A stretch of 64,000 nucleotides of DNA, from assembly GCA_046582655.1 (NCBI GenBank), contig JAYGDX010000016.1, forward strand, positions 93,565 to 157,564, in the 5' to 3' direction. This DNA is from Candidatus Poribacteria bacterium (GTDB lineage Bacteria > Poribacteria > WGA-4E > UBA9662). Of this stretch, positions 52,657 to 62,980 are shown one piece after another; position 1 is the stretch's first letter; each line of letters begins with the position of its first letter. A program made the position numbers and the translations under genes. The notes beneath the pieces are model-generated. The model did no database searches. It was not told the DNA's origin and saw nothing but the letters and a program-made list of their open reading frames with translations.

Positions 52657-53949
52657 GTGAAAACCAATCTTTCAGGCCATATTCAATCCGTAAAGCTAGT
52701 TGACACACATGAGCACTTACGAAAAGAGCCCGAGTGGTTGAATAGCGGTCCCGATATTTTACAGGATCTTTTTGGTAATTATGTTCCTGCGGATTTACAT
52801 GCAGCTGGTGCTTCAGGCCAAGCAATGAAAGATTTGATGGACAGTTCTAACCCAGACATCATCGCACGCTTTGGCGGTATTAAAGAGGCTTGGGAAGCCG
52901 CGCAGTTTACCGGTTATGGTGAAGCCATACGGATTATAGCCTCTGAGGTCTATGGTATGGATGAAATGACTGGCAAAAGTCTGGTTGCAGCACAAGAAAA
53001 AAACCAGGAACTCCGAAAACCGGGTGAGCGTTATAGGCTTTTGCATGATGTAGCGAATCTCGATCATGTGCAGACGGATGATTTCTGCTGGCAGTGCTAT
53101 CCAGATGCTTCCGGCCCTGACTTCTTCCTATATGATCTGTCGTGGGCAGGGTTTTGTAACGGTCAAGTTGACCCTCAGTCGATTTACAAGGAAATTGGGA
53201 TTGAAGTAACCAATTTAGCAACATTAAAACAAGGGATGGAAGCGATTTTCGCCAAGCACGCGCCAATCGCTATTGCGGTCAAATCCCAACATGCCTACAA
53301 CCGGACATTGAATTGGATTGAGCGAAGTGATCAAGAAGCTAAAGAAGCCTTGAATCATATCCTTAGGAAACCAGCAGAGGAAATTGATGTAGAGACTCGG
53401 CTTTGTCTTGGCGATTGGGCATGGGCCCAAGGAGTTGCGTTGTCAATTGAGCACAATCTACCGTTCAAGATTCATACAGGTTACTATGCCGGAAATGACC
53501 GAATGCCGGTCAGTCGTATTCCAGCGGGCAATATGTGTAGCTTGCTTGCCAAATATCTAGAGGCTAAATTTGTGTTAATGCACATTGCATACCCCTATAG
53601 TGATGAACTTGTCGCTATTGCTAAGCACTACCGCAACGTCTGGGTAGACATGTGTTGGGCGTGGAGTATAGATCCCTATAGTTCTCGCGATTTTCTACGT
53701 CGCTTTATCCATGCTGTGCCGATCAATAAGATTTTTACTTTTGGTGGAGACACCGGTTGGGCGACTAGCAGTGTCGCTTATGCCTTTCAGGCCCGTCGTG
53801 AAATTCAAAAAGCACTTGAAGCTGAAATTGCCGATGGGTATATGAATGAGAAGCAAGCAATGACAGTGGCAACACAAATTATGCATGATAATCAGTACGC
53901 ATGCTTTGATCTTAACAATACCAGAGCCAACATCCATTCAGCAGCCTAA
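52657..53949 (+). CDS. Amidohydrolase-superfamily protein
   Basis: Motifs VDTHEHL, AYNRTL, KIHTG, FVLMHIAYPY, VWVDMCW and FGGD; GTG start. Confidence 0.85.
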   Translation: MKTNLSGHIQSVKLVDTHEHLRKEPEWLNSGPDILQDLFGNYVPADLHAAGASGQAMKDLMDSSNPDIIARFGGIKEAWEAAQFTGYGEAIRIIASEVYGMDEMTGKSLVAAQEKNQELRKPGERYRLLHDVANLDHVQTDDFCWQCYPDASGPDFFLYDLSWAGFCNGQVDPQSIYKEIGIEVTNLATLKQGMEAIFAKHAPIAIAVKSQHAYNRTLNWIERSDQEAKEALNHILRKPAEEIDVETRLCLGDWAWAQGVALSIEHNLPFKIHTGYYAGNDRMPVSRIPAGNMCSLLAKYLEAKFVLMHIAYPYSDELVAIAKHYRNVWVDMCWAWSIDPYSSRDFLRRFIHAVPINKIFTFGGDTGWATSSVAYAFQARREIQKALEAEIADGYMNEKQAMTVATQIMHDNQYACFDLNNTRANIHSAA

Positions 53950-54218
53950 ATTATTTAACTGTCAGTGGAGCTAGATCGTGGGAACCCAGAAGCTTGGTGA
54001 GATGAACAAGCTTGAAATGATTGATTTTCAGAGGTCTCGTGTTGTTGCCACTCAAGCATCTCGCAGCTCTCAGGCAGAAACCTCAATCGGGAAACGTGCA
54101 TTTACAACCTCTCCAGCACGAATTCGGCTTGGACGAGATGCCAGCGGCAACTTAATTGGAAGTGGTATTTTAATCAATCGGCATTCCTAAGGCGATTTGA
54201 CCCCTCATTCCCATCATA

Positions 54219-56765
54219 ATGATGCGAAAAATATGGAAGAGCAAGGAGTTCGATACTGCAGCGAGCTTTCGTCTGGCGTCGCAACTCGGTGTTTCGCAAT
54301 TAATGGGAAAGTTGCTTGTTAGCCGAGGAATCGAAGTCCCTGAAGTAGCCCAATCCTACCTTTATCCAACTGAGAATGATCTCCATTCTCCATTTCTGTT
54401 ATACGGTATGTCAGATGCGGTTGATAGGATCAAATCCGCAATCGACACGAATGAGCAAATCTGGATTTTCGGGGACTACGATGTCGACGGGACTACTGCT
54501 GCTTCGCTCCTAATAAATACCTTCCGTCACCTTGGTAGTTCCGTTGAGTGCCATATTCCAGACCGTTTTGATGAAGGATACGGTTTAAATAAGGAAGCTA
54601 TTCAGTCTATCGCAGACGCAGGATGTGACCTTCTGATTACAGTTGATTGTGGAATTACATCTGTTGCCGAGGTAGCGTTTGGAAATTCGCTTGGTATTGA
54701 CACAATCATTACCGATCATCACCTCCCTCCACCCGAAGGTCTTCCCCCAGCACACACAATCATTAACCCCAAATTAGAAGGATGCCAATATCCATTCGAC
54801 GACTTAGCCGGAATTGGATTAGCATTCAAACTTGCTCATGGGTTGATGGACGGCCAATTTAATGCATTCCTTGTATCGCAACTTGATCTTGTAGCTCTTG
54901 GTACAGTTGTTGATATGGTTCCATTAGTGAACGAAAACCGGGTGCTTTCAAAACTGGGACTGGAAGTGATTAATAAACGTCAACGACTAGGTATTCGTGC
55001 GTTGTGTGAAGTAGCAGACGTCGGTACCGGCAAAAAAATTACCGGTCAAACGCTTGGTTTTACTCTGGGGCCACGCTTGAATGCCGCTGGCAGAATGGAT
55101 CACGCTAAGAAAGTGATTGATCTACTGACTACAGATTCAGAAGGTGAAGCACTTCAACTTGCCAATGAATTGAATCAATTCAACAGTGAACGTCGTGAAA
55201 TCCAAACCAGAATTGAAAAAGAAGCAATCAACCAGATTGAGAAGAAGGATTTGAATCAAGCCTACGGATTGGTAGTGGCAAAAAGAGGATGGCATCGTGG
55301 GATTACCGGGATTGTAGCTTCCAACATCAAAGACCGATACCATCGCCCTGTTTTCTTTATCGCTATTGAGGATGACGAGGCGTACGCATCCGGACGCGGG
55401 ATTGACGGGATTAATTTAGCCGAGAGCCTAGACTCTTGTAGTGATTTACTAATTAAACATGGGGGACATAAAGCAGCCGCAGGTTTCTCTATTAAAACTG
55501 AAAATATTCCATTATTTGAAGATTATTTTAATCAATACGCGCGAGAAAACCTCTCTGCTGAAGACCTTGTACTGAAACTACACTACGATTTTGAGGTTCA
55601 AATTCCAAACTTAACGCTAGAAGCAATTGAGGAGTTAAGTAGCCTTGAACCACATGGTGTAGACAACAATGCTCCGACGTTAATTATGAGGGACCTGAAA
55701 CTTCATGGCCAGCCACGAATTATTGGACAAGACAAAAAGCATCTCAAATTTGTTGCGACGGATGGTCACTATACAATTGAAGCAATCGCCTTCAACATGG
55801 CTGATTATATGACTGTTATCAGCAATAAAAACAGTCATATAAATCTTGCTTTTTCGCCTGAAATTAACGAATGGCAAGGGCGCGCAACCCCCCAGCTGAT
55901 GGTTAAGGATATCCAAATACAAGCCATTGATCGTAGCACTAAACGAAAAATTTTTCCTCCGCCTAATGTTGAAAGTTCAGCAAGAATTGTAGATCAACGT
56001 AATGTGGATGACAAACTCAAATATGTTTCTCAAATTTTGGTTCAGGACGAACCAACTCTGATCTATGTTCGTAATGATAAGGCAATAGATCAATTTTTAG
56101 GTCTAATGCAGTCATCTGGCAAACAGTTGGTTGGTAAATGCGAAGCAGGAACACCAAATGATAAAAAACAGATTTTGGCTGAAATGCTAGCCGAAGATAA
56201 AATCAAGGCGATCATCTCATCTGAAGCAATTAGCTTTCTTCCAAAAGTTCAACATATTATTCTCTGTCATCCTTTCTCCATCCCGGATTTATTTTTTGAT
56301 CGATGTAAACCTGCATTTAATGGTGATTATACCACCGACCTACATCTGATTTACCATGATAGGGATTTTGACTTTGAACGGAAGCTCCTGAATCAACAAT
56401 ATCCTGACCGAGACATTTTAGTTGTTGTATATAGAAATTTACGGACACTGGGAAAAAACAAAGAGTCTATTGAACTGGGAATGCTCATTTCCTCCATCAT
56501 GCAATCCGCAAAAATTCCTGAAGATGCTGTTCTGAATGCACTCACCGTTTTAGCTGATCTCAAATTAATCACTGAGCCTCAGAACTCCAGTAAAATTGAA
56601 GTTTTATCTTCAAAAAAATGTGAGCTCAACGCTTCAAAAATTTATCAACATGGTGAAGAAATAAAAATGATGAGTGCCGATTTCACCGGGTTACTGAGAA
56701 AAAGTAGTGAAGACATATGGGAGAGAATAAGTTATGAGTTTGGAAAGCTTAATTCAATCGATTAA
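54219..56765 (+). CDS. recJ: ssDNA-specific exonuclease RecJ with C-terminal extension
   Basis: Motifs GDYDVDG, EGYGL, ITVDCGI, TDHH, GTVVDMVPL, PRLNAAGR and GGHKAAAG. Confidence 0.95.
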   Translation: MMRKIWKSKEFDTAASFRLASQLGVSQLMGKLLVSRGIEVPEVAQSYLYPTENDLHSPFLLYGMSDAVDRIKSAIDTNEQIWIFGDYDVDGTTAASLLINTFRHLGSSVECHIPDRFDEGYGLNKEAIQSIADAGCDLLITVDCGITSVAEVAFGNSLGIDTIITDHHLPPPEGLPPAHTIINPKLEGCQYPFDDLAGIGLAFKLAHGLMDGQFNAFLVSQLDLVALGTVVDMVPLVNENRVLSKLGLEVINKRQRLGIRALCEVADVGTGKKITGQTLGFTLGPRLNAAGRMDHAKKVIDLLTTDSEGEALQLANELNQFNSERREIQTRIEKEAINQIEKKDLNQAYGLVVAKRGWHRGITGIVASNIKDRYHRPVFFIAIEDDEAYASGRGIDGINLAESLDSCSDLLIKHGGHKAAAGFSIKTENIPLFEDYFNQYARENLSAEDLVLKLHYDFEVQIPNLTLEAIEELSSLEPHGVDNNAPTLIMRDLKLHGQPRIIGQDKKHLKFVATDGHYTIEAIAFNMADYMTVISNKNSHINLAFSPEINEWQGRATPQLMVKDIQIQAIDRSTKRKIFPPPNVESSARIVDQRNVDDKLKYVSQILVQDEPTLIYVRNDKAIDQFLGLMQSSGKQLVGKCEAGTPNDKKQILAEMLAEDKIKAIISSEAISFLPKVQHIILCHPFSIPDLFFDRCKPAFNGDYTTDLHLIYHDRDFDFERKLLNQQYPDRDILVVVYRNLRTLGKNKESIELGMLISSIMQSAKIPEDAVLNALTVLADLKLITEPQNSSKIEVLSSKKCELNASKIYQHGEEIKMMSADFTGLLRKSSEDIWERISYEFGKLNSID

Positions 56766-58884
56766 AAGTTACAATCCTGAGGCTAATTTCGACCTGCTTA
56801 AATATGCATACGAATTTGGTGAGGAATGTCATTTGGGTCAAAAAAGAAAATCAGGAGATCCATATTTTACACACTGCATTGGAACAGCCGAGATTCTGGT
56901 TGATCTTAAACTTGATCTTTATACAATATGTGCTGCCATATTACATGACACAATTGAAGATAATGAAGAAATAACACGTGATAAACTTGCTTGGCGTTTT
57001 GGTGAAACGGTTGCAGATCTAGTTGAAGGGGTTTCGAAAATTAGTCAATACCATTTCAGAGGCGGATCCCGGCAAAGACAAGCGGAAAGCTATCTGAAAC
57101 TGCTTCTGGCAACGGCTCAGGATGTGCGGGTTATTCTAATCAAGTTGGCAGACCGTGTGCATAATATGGAAACGCTCTCTTTCCAACCAGAATCAAGGCA
57201 ACGAGAAATAGCCAAAGAAACGTTCGAAGTATATGCCCCGATCGCGCAGCGTCTCGGAATCTCACGGATTAAAAGTCGGTTGGAGGATCTCGCCTTCAAA
57301 TACACCAATCCTGAAGAATATAAATTAATTGCTAAATCACTCAACCAAAAGTTAGCTGAGAGAGAAGACTACGCCGGTCAAATGGCTGAAGAGATCCGGG
57401 ATGCACTCGCACAATCAGGAGTAGCAGCAGAAGTCTATGGCAGGCCTAAAAGTATTTACAGTATTCATCAGAAAATCAAAGAAAAGGGGACGCCATTTGA
57501 GGAAATCTTTGATTTGATAGGATTACGTATTTTAGTTAATGACAATGCTGATTGTTACCGAACCACAGGTGTTATTCATGAAAACTGGCACCATGTACCG
57601 GCACGGTTCAAAGATTTTATCGGTCTTCCAAAAGCAAATGGATATCGTTCTTTACACACAACGATTATGGATGAAGGACATCGGATTGAAATCCAGATTC
57701 GGACACATGTTATGCATGAAGTTGCCGAGGATGGCATAGCCGCTCACTGGAGTTATAAAGAAGGAGTACCCTCAACGTACGAAAGTGAAACGATATTCAA
57801 GTGGTTACGCGGGATGTTGGAAGATATTCGTGAATTGAGAAACCCAAACCAGTTCATTAAATCAATGAAGCACGAACTCCTTGCAGATCAAGTATATGTC
57901 TTCACGCCACGAGGTGATGTGATTGAGCTTCCTGCTGGGTCGACATCCATTGACTTTGCATATAAAATTCACACTCAGGTTGGCAATACGTGTAAAGGCA
58001 CAGAAGTCAACGGAATGATTACGTCGTTACGCTATCGATTGTGTAACGGAGATCGAGTGAAAATTATCACTGACACCAGTACACATCCGGTCAGAGAGTG
58101 GCTCAGATGGGTTCGAACGGCCAGAGCCCAAAATCGAATTGGACAATGGTTGCGAGAACAGGATCGTGTCCAGGCTATTGAGCTTGGAAAACGTTTCCTC
58201 GAAATCGAAATGAAGCGACGACGAACTGATATAAATATGTGGCTGAAATCGGAAAGAGTAACAGAGATTCTCCAGATATTAAATCTGAAGTCGCCTTCAG
58301 AATTGCTGCAACATATTGGGACAGGTCAACGATTGTCAGCTGATATAATGAAATTAGTTGCAATTGATAATTCTTCCGAGGATATAGAATCAACCGATGG
58401 TATCACCTTCCATTCAACTCCAACCATTGATCTAAACATAATGGGGACAGATTCTATCCGCATTATGAAATGTTGTCACCCCATTCCGGGAGACGAAGTT
58501 GTGGCTTATGTGACAAAAGGGAAGGGAATATCAATACACAGACATCACTGTCAGCGTATTGCTAACGAAGAAGCAGACAGACTTATTCAGGTAGATTGGG
58601 AACCGACTGATGAGATATCTTATCCAACGGAGATTATCTTTGAAGTCCAAGATCGGTCAGGTATACTCGGTGAGGTTACAACCACAATTGCTGCGCAGGA
58701 AATAAATATTCTTAAAGGGAACTTTGGTCCGGCTGATTCAAATGGAAACATGGCCACGAATTCAGCATTCGAAAGGGTTGGATATAACAAAATGATGCTG
58801 GAGGTTACCGGTTTGGAACAACTGGAACAAGCGATAAGAGCAATTCGCCAATTAAAAGAAGTTATCCGCGTCTCGCGAAATTGA
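56734..58884 (+). CDS. rel: Bifunctional (p)ppGpp synthetase/hydrolase (long RSH)
   Basis: Motifs RKSGDPY, HDTIED (intact HD), KLADRVHN, GRPK, YRSLHT and EIQIRT; TGS domain (DFAYKIHT), CC motif and ACT domain. Confidence 0.95.
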   Translation: MSLESLIQSIKSYNPEANFDLLKYAYEFGEECHLGQKRKSGDPYFTHCIGTAEILVDLKLDLYTICAAILHDTIEDNEEITRDKLAWRFGETVADLVEGVSKISQYHFRGGSRQRQAESYLKLLLATAQDVRVILIKLADRVHNMETLSFQPESRQREIAKETFEVYAPIAQRLGISRIKSRLEDLAFKYTNPEEYKLIAKSLNQKLAEREDYAGQMAEEIRDALAQSGVAAEVYGRPKSIYSIHQKIKEKGTPFEEIFDLIGLRILVNDNADCYRTTGVIHENWHHVPARFKDFIGLPKANGYRSLHTTIMDEGHRIEIQIRTHVMHEVAEDGIAAHWSYKEGVPSTYESETIFKWLRGMLEDIRELRNPNQFIKSMKHELLADQVYVFTPRGDVIELPAGSTSIDFAYKIHTQVGNTCKGTEVNGMITSLRYRLCNGDRVKIITDTSTHPVREWLRWVRTARAQNRIGQWLREQDRVQAIELGKRFLEIEMKRRRTDINMWLKSERVTEILQILNLKSPSELLQHIGTGQRLSADIMKLVAIDNSSEDIESTDGITFHSTPTIDLNIMGTDSIRIMKCCHPIPGDEVVAYVTKGKGISIHRHHCQRIANEEADRLIQVDWEPTDEISYPTEIIFEVQDRSGILGEVTTTIAAQEINILKGNFGPADSNGNMATNSAFERVGYNKMMLEVTGLEQLEQAIRAIRQLKEVIRVSRN

Positions 58885-58906
58885 GATCTGTTTTCAGTGT
58901 CTAGAT

Positions 58907-59128
58907 CTATGCGCCGTATGCGACGTGCTGACCACCTGAAATTGCTTTGGTGATTTTCCCTGACCTAATGCAACGTGTACAGACACGAACACGTTTGTTG
59001 CCTTCAGGAGTTTGAATCCGAACTCTTTGTAGGTTCGGTAGCCATTTACGTTTAGTATGTCTCCTTGACTTGCTTATTTTATTACCAAACATTACTTTTT
59101 TTCCACAAGAGTGGCATACGCGTGCCAT
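58907..59128 (-). CDS. rpmB: 50S ribosomal protein L28
   Basis: MARVCHSCGK..GNKIS..TKRKWLPNLQ..VCTRCIRSG. Confidence 0.97.
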   Translation of the reverse strand: MARVCHSCGKKVMFGNKISKSRRHTKRKWLPNLQRVRIQTPEGNKRVRVCTRCIRSGKITKAISGGQHVAYGA

Positions 59129-59336
59129 CGTCTCATCTCCTTTTCCAGTTCGTTGATTACTTACCTATGAGTACGAGAGCATAAATATATCATAACCTTA
59201 GCATAAAATGCAAAGTTTTCCCACAGCTACAGTTGTTTCCCTTAATAGCATTGGGTGATGAAATTCTGATGTTGGCAGTTCAAGATCAATTTTGTCTGTC
59301 ATTCTAGCAATCTATTTTTGAGTTCAGGTATACGAA

Positions 59337-60314
59337 ATGAAAGCAATTATTAAGACCGGTGACGGTGGACCTGAGGTATTGGAGTTGGGTGAAGTAGAAA
59401 CACCAGAACCAAAACCAACCCAGTTGTTGATTAACATCAAAGCAACAGCTCTTAACCGGGCTGATACACTCCAGAGGAAAGGTCTCTATCCACCTCCAGC
59501 AGGAGAGTCTGAGATTCTTGGTTTAGAGCTTGCTGGCATCGTTGAGGACAGAGGTTCTGCGGTAACCGGTTTTGAACGTGGCGACCGTATATTTGGTTTA
59601 GTTGGTGGTGGTGGATACGCTGAATATGCGATCATTGATTATCAGATGGCCATGCAGATTCCTGAAGGCTGGAGTTTTGAAAAAGCGGCGGCGGTACCAG
59701 AGGTTTTTTTCACCGCCAACGAGACGCTTTTCAAACTGGGCTGTCTATCTGCTGGCGAAAGTGTGCTGATTCACGCTGGTGGAAGTGGTGTTGGAACAGC
59801 TGGTATCCAGATGGCGAATCAAGCAGGGGCACAGGTTTTTATTACTGCTGGATCTGATGAAAAGATTGAAAAAGCTAAGGTGCTCGGCTGTACAGAGGGA
59901 ATTAATTATAAAACCCATGACTTCGCTGAAACGATTAGAGATCTAACCGAAGGCAAAGGGGTAGATGTCGTTCAGGACTTTATCGGTCAACCCTACTTTG
60001 AAAGAAACTGTTCTCTCCTCAAACCAGGCGGGCGGTTGGTCGTTGTCGGATTGATGGGTGGCTCGAAGACAGAAATAGATTTAGGGATTGTCCTCAGAAA
60101 ACGGCTGCGGATTCTGGGATCAATCATGCGACCACTGGCACTTGAAGAAAAGATCGATATTACTCGACGTTTTGTCGACCGATGGTTACCATTACTGCTA
60201 ACAGGTGTTATTAATCCTGTTATTGATACGGTTATGTCTCTTGAACAGGCGCATGAGGCTCATCGCTACATGGAAGCCAACCGGAATTTTGGTAAAATCA
60301 TCTTGAAAGTTTAG
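59337..60314 (+). CDS. NAD(P)H-quinone oxidoreductase (PIG3/zeta-crystallin family)
   Basis: Motifs LNRADTLQRKGLYPPP, ILGLE, GGGYAEY, AAVPE, HAGGSGVG and GKIIL. Confidence 0.92.
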   Translation: MKAIIKTGDGGPEVLELGEVETPEPKPTQLLINIKATALNRADTLQRKGLYPPPAGESEILGLELAGIVEDRGSAVTGFERGDRIFGLVGGGGYAEYAIIDYQMAMQIPEGWSFEKAAAVPEVFFTANETLFKLGCLSAGESVLIHAGGSGVGTAGIQMANQAGAQVFITAGSDEKIEKAKVLGCTEGINYKTHDFAETIRDLTEGKGVDVVQDFIGQPYFERNCSLLKPGGRLVVVGLMGGSKTEIDLGIVLRKRLRILGSIMRPLALEEKIDITRRFVDRWLPLLLTGVINPVIDTVMSLEQAHEAHRYMEANRNFGKIILKV

Positions 60315-60398
60315 ATGCCCCACCACCGAAAAAACTGGTATGATTACTGCATTTCAGCAAGTGTTAGCTTTACAAACAAGGATAAGATCTCAAGTATT

Positions 60399-61127
60399 AT
60401 GAAAATTTTAATTCTAGGAGCAAAAGGTAGCCTGGGACCATATGTTGTCAAAACATTAGAATCCAATTACCATTTGCGGTTGACCGATGTAGAACCAATG
60501 AAAACGAAACACGAATTCATGTTGGTAGACGTATCAATACAAGAACAAGTCGTCCATGCCGCCGAAGGAATGGATGCGATTATCAATCTCTCCGTTTTGC
60601 GCCACGATCGAAAATTAGCCTTCGATGTTAGCACGCATGGTAGCTATAACATGATGCAGGCAGCTATGATACACGGTATTGATCGGGTAATAAACACCGG
60701 GCCACATTTTGTCTTAGCTGGTCGAACGTACGAGACATTTGACTACGAACTCAATCCTGACATCCCACCGCAGCCCGGTACCAATCTTTACGCCTTAACC
60801 AAATCACTGGGGCAGGAAATATGCAAGGTGTTCACTGAAAATAATGATGTATATGTGCTTTGTTATCTCTTTTACAGTTTTCGTGATCCTGATCAACCAT
60901 TGGTGGGAGCCGATTTAACGCCATTCTCGATTTCTTGGAACGATGCGGCTGAAGCGTTCCGATTAGGATTGGAAGTGAACCTATCCGACTTACCGTCCAG
61001 ATGTGAAATCTTCAACATCTTTACCGATCTACCACACCAGCAATTCTCTAATTCGAAGGCCAAACGTCTTCTGGGTTTTGCGCCTCAAGATACTCTCAGT
61101 CAATGGTGGCATAAGTCACCTGACTAA
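60399..61127 (+). CDS. NAD-dependent epimerase/dehydratase
   Basis: Motifs ILILGAKGSLG, YALTK and KAKRLLGF. Confidence 0.82.
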   Translation: MKILILGAKGSLGPYVVKTLESNYHLRLTDVEPMKTKHEFMLVDVSIQEQVVHAAEGMDAIINLSVLRHDRKLAFDVSTHGSYNMMQAAMIHGIDRVINTGPHFVLAGRTYETFDYELNPDIPPQPGTNLYALTKSLGQEICKVFTENNDVYVLCYLFYSFRDPDQPLVGADLTPFSISWNDAAEAFRLGLEVNLSDLPSRCEIFNIFTDLPHQQFSNSKAKRLLGFAPQDTLSQWWHKSPD

Positions 61128-61238
61128 ATTCTAGGCTTCAATTGTACACTTGCCGCAAGTTCAATTTTGCCTATAGAACCCTTAGTATGTAGGAAGGCTA
61201 GAATTACTTGAAGTAAGCATAGTATAAAATAAAAAGTA

Positions 61239-62348
61239 ATGACCAAAATCAATTAGCAGGAACACCAAGTTTACGCAGAATTAGGAGTTTAAGCCGTTGG
61301 CAAAGCCTTAACAGATGGCTCACAGCTCTCTCCTACAGTTTAAGGAACGATGATCACCACCCAACATTACTTTGTAGATATGAAGGAACTTCTAATCAAA
61401 CAGAAAAGGGGATTCCTAAAATGCTAGGGTTGCAAGATACTTTAGTTACGCCTGGGTGTGCAGCAGCGATTTCGTTGGGATATTCGCCTGTATGATCAGA
61501 GATAATTCTCTCAAGATTGATCAATTGCCAGACACAACCAGCATGGAAAATGAAATCCTGATACAAAACGTCAACGGTACCATTATGATCGGTGTCTCAT
61601 CATTTTTGACGGTACGCTGGTAGAGGTCGGTAATGAAAGAGAAACGCGGTAGAACAACTAGAAAACGCCATTTCAAATGATGCAGCTGCTTTTCATTACT
61701 GAGCCTCGGGAGGGGAGGATGGCGTTTTGTCCATGGAAGAATATGTCCGTATCGACAAACAATACGGTGTGCCAATCATAGCTGATGTTGCCAGTTAGAT
61801 CTTCCTTCTTGAGCGACCGTATCAACATACAAACATGGGTGAGGATTTGATCTATTATGGTTCTAATGCAACTCGACAGGAATTCTATGTGGACGAAAAG
61901 ATTTGCTGGATGTGGCTTATCTCCATAGTTTCATCGGTTACGAAGCCACCAAGAATTATCCTGTCGGCAGACCGCTGAAACTGGACCGTCAGGAGATTAT
62001 TGCTGTTGTCATAGCGTTACGAGGATGGATAAACATGAATCCCGAATCCGCAATCATGAGCAAAAAGTAGCACAAATTCAGGATGCACTGCAAGATACTC
62101 CTTGTATCATCACAGTGAGAGTTTTAGATCAACTCTCACTCAACAACGGTCTTCGAACTACCTTGAATGCACAAAAGACGGGTAGAACCTCCGTACAGAT
62201 TATTCAAGAATTACAAGACAGGTAATCTAAGCACTTGGGTAGAAGACAGTGGGAATTCAATCTAGATTGTCGTACCAATTTGTTAGATCAAGGTGTAAAG
62301 ATTACCATTGAACGATTGCAAACCTTGCTAAAAGGGGAAGAGAATTAA
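61239..62348 (+). pseudogene. Heavily decayed SelA-like PLP enzyme (paralog of 2806..3924)
   Basis: Fragments in shifting frames: VYAELGV, YFVDMKELL, LVTPGCAAAISLG, LPDTTSMENEILIQ, RYHYDR, GVPIIAD, STGILCGRKDL and GRPLKLDRQEI. Confidence 0.8.
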
Positions 62349-62487
62349 AGAAAAAGGTTGGAGACGAAGAAACTCTTCAACAGACTGACTTTGGCAACAG
62401 TCTAATTATACAATTTTATTTGTCTACAACTATTTTCTGTGGTACTCTTAATTCTGGGATTTAACGTAGACTAAAATGGGAGACTAA

Positions 62488-62805
62488 ATGGAACCCAAAG
62501 AAGAACTTTACGATCAGGCATTGACCCTTTTCTCGCAGAATCAGCTGGAAGAGGCGGTTAGTGCGTTTCTTGATATAATACAAAAACACCCGGATTATAT
62601 CGAAGGACATATGGGTTTGGCACATGCATATGAACGAGTACAAAATTATGATGGTGCTATTGAAGCAGTTAAAAATGCAATAGATCTTAATCCGAATGAC
62701 AGCTTAGCTTACAGTAGCTTATCTATGTTCTATCAGCGAAAAGGCATGATCCCCGAAGCGGAAGAAGCAATGGCTCAAGCAGCGGCTGTAAAAATGCAAA
62801 ATTAG
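62488..62805 (+). CDS. Small TPR protein
   Basis: 2-3 TPR units (GHMGLAHAY, AIDLNPNDSLAYSSLS); GGAG RBS. Confidence 0.8.
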   Translation: MEPKEELYDQALTLFSQNQLEEAVSAFLDIIQKHPDYIEGHMGLAHAYERVQNYDGAIEAVKNAIDLNPNDSLAYSSLSMFYQRKGMIPEAEEAMAQAAAVKMQN

Positions 62806-62980
62806 GCTCAAGTGTTTCGTCTAACATGATAGAGTTCTCCATAACTACTAATTCCGTTCTTTCCGAAATCCTGTAGTAGAGACATACGTCTCAAACTTGA
62901 ATTGCTAAGTAACCTGAGAACAAGGATAAATCGTGATTCAGATGTACTTTGTAGACTTTCGCTCTTAAGTGACTGGTATC

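Noticed and set aside
53978..54190. 70-aa ORF upstream of recJ and the many short antisense or overlapping ORFs in the track
   Set aside because: They have no recognisable motifs or RBS, and most shadow well-supported genes.
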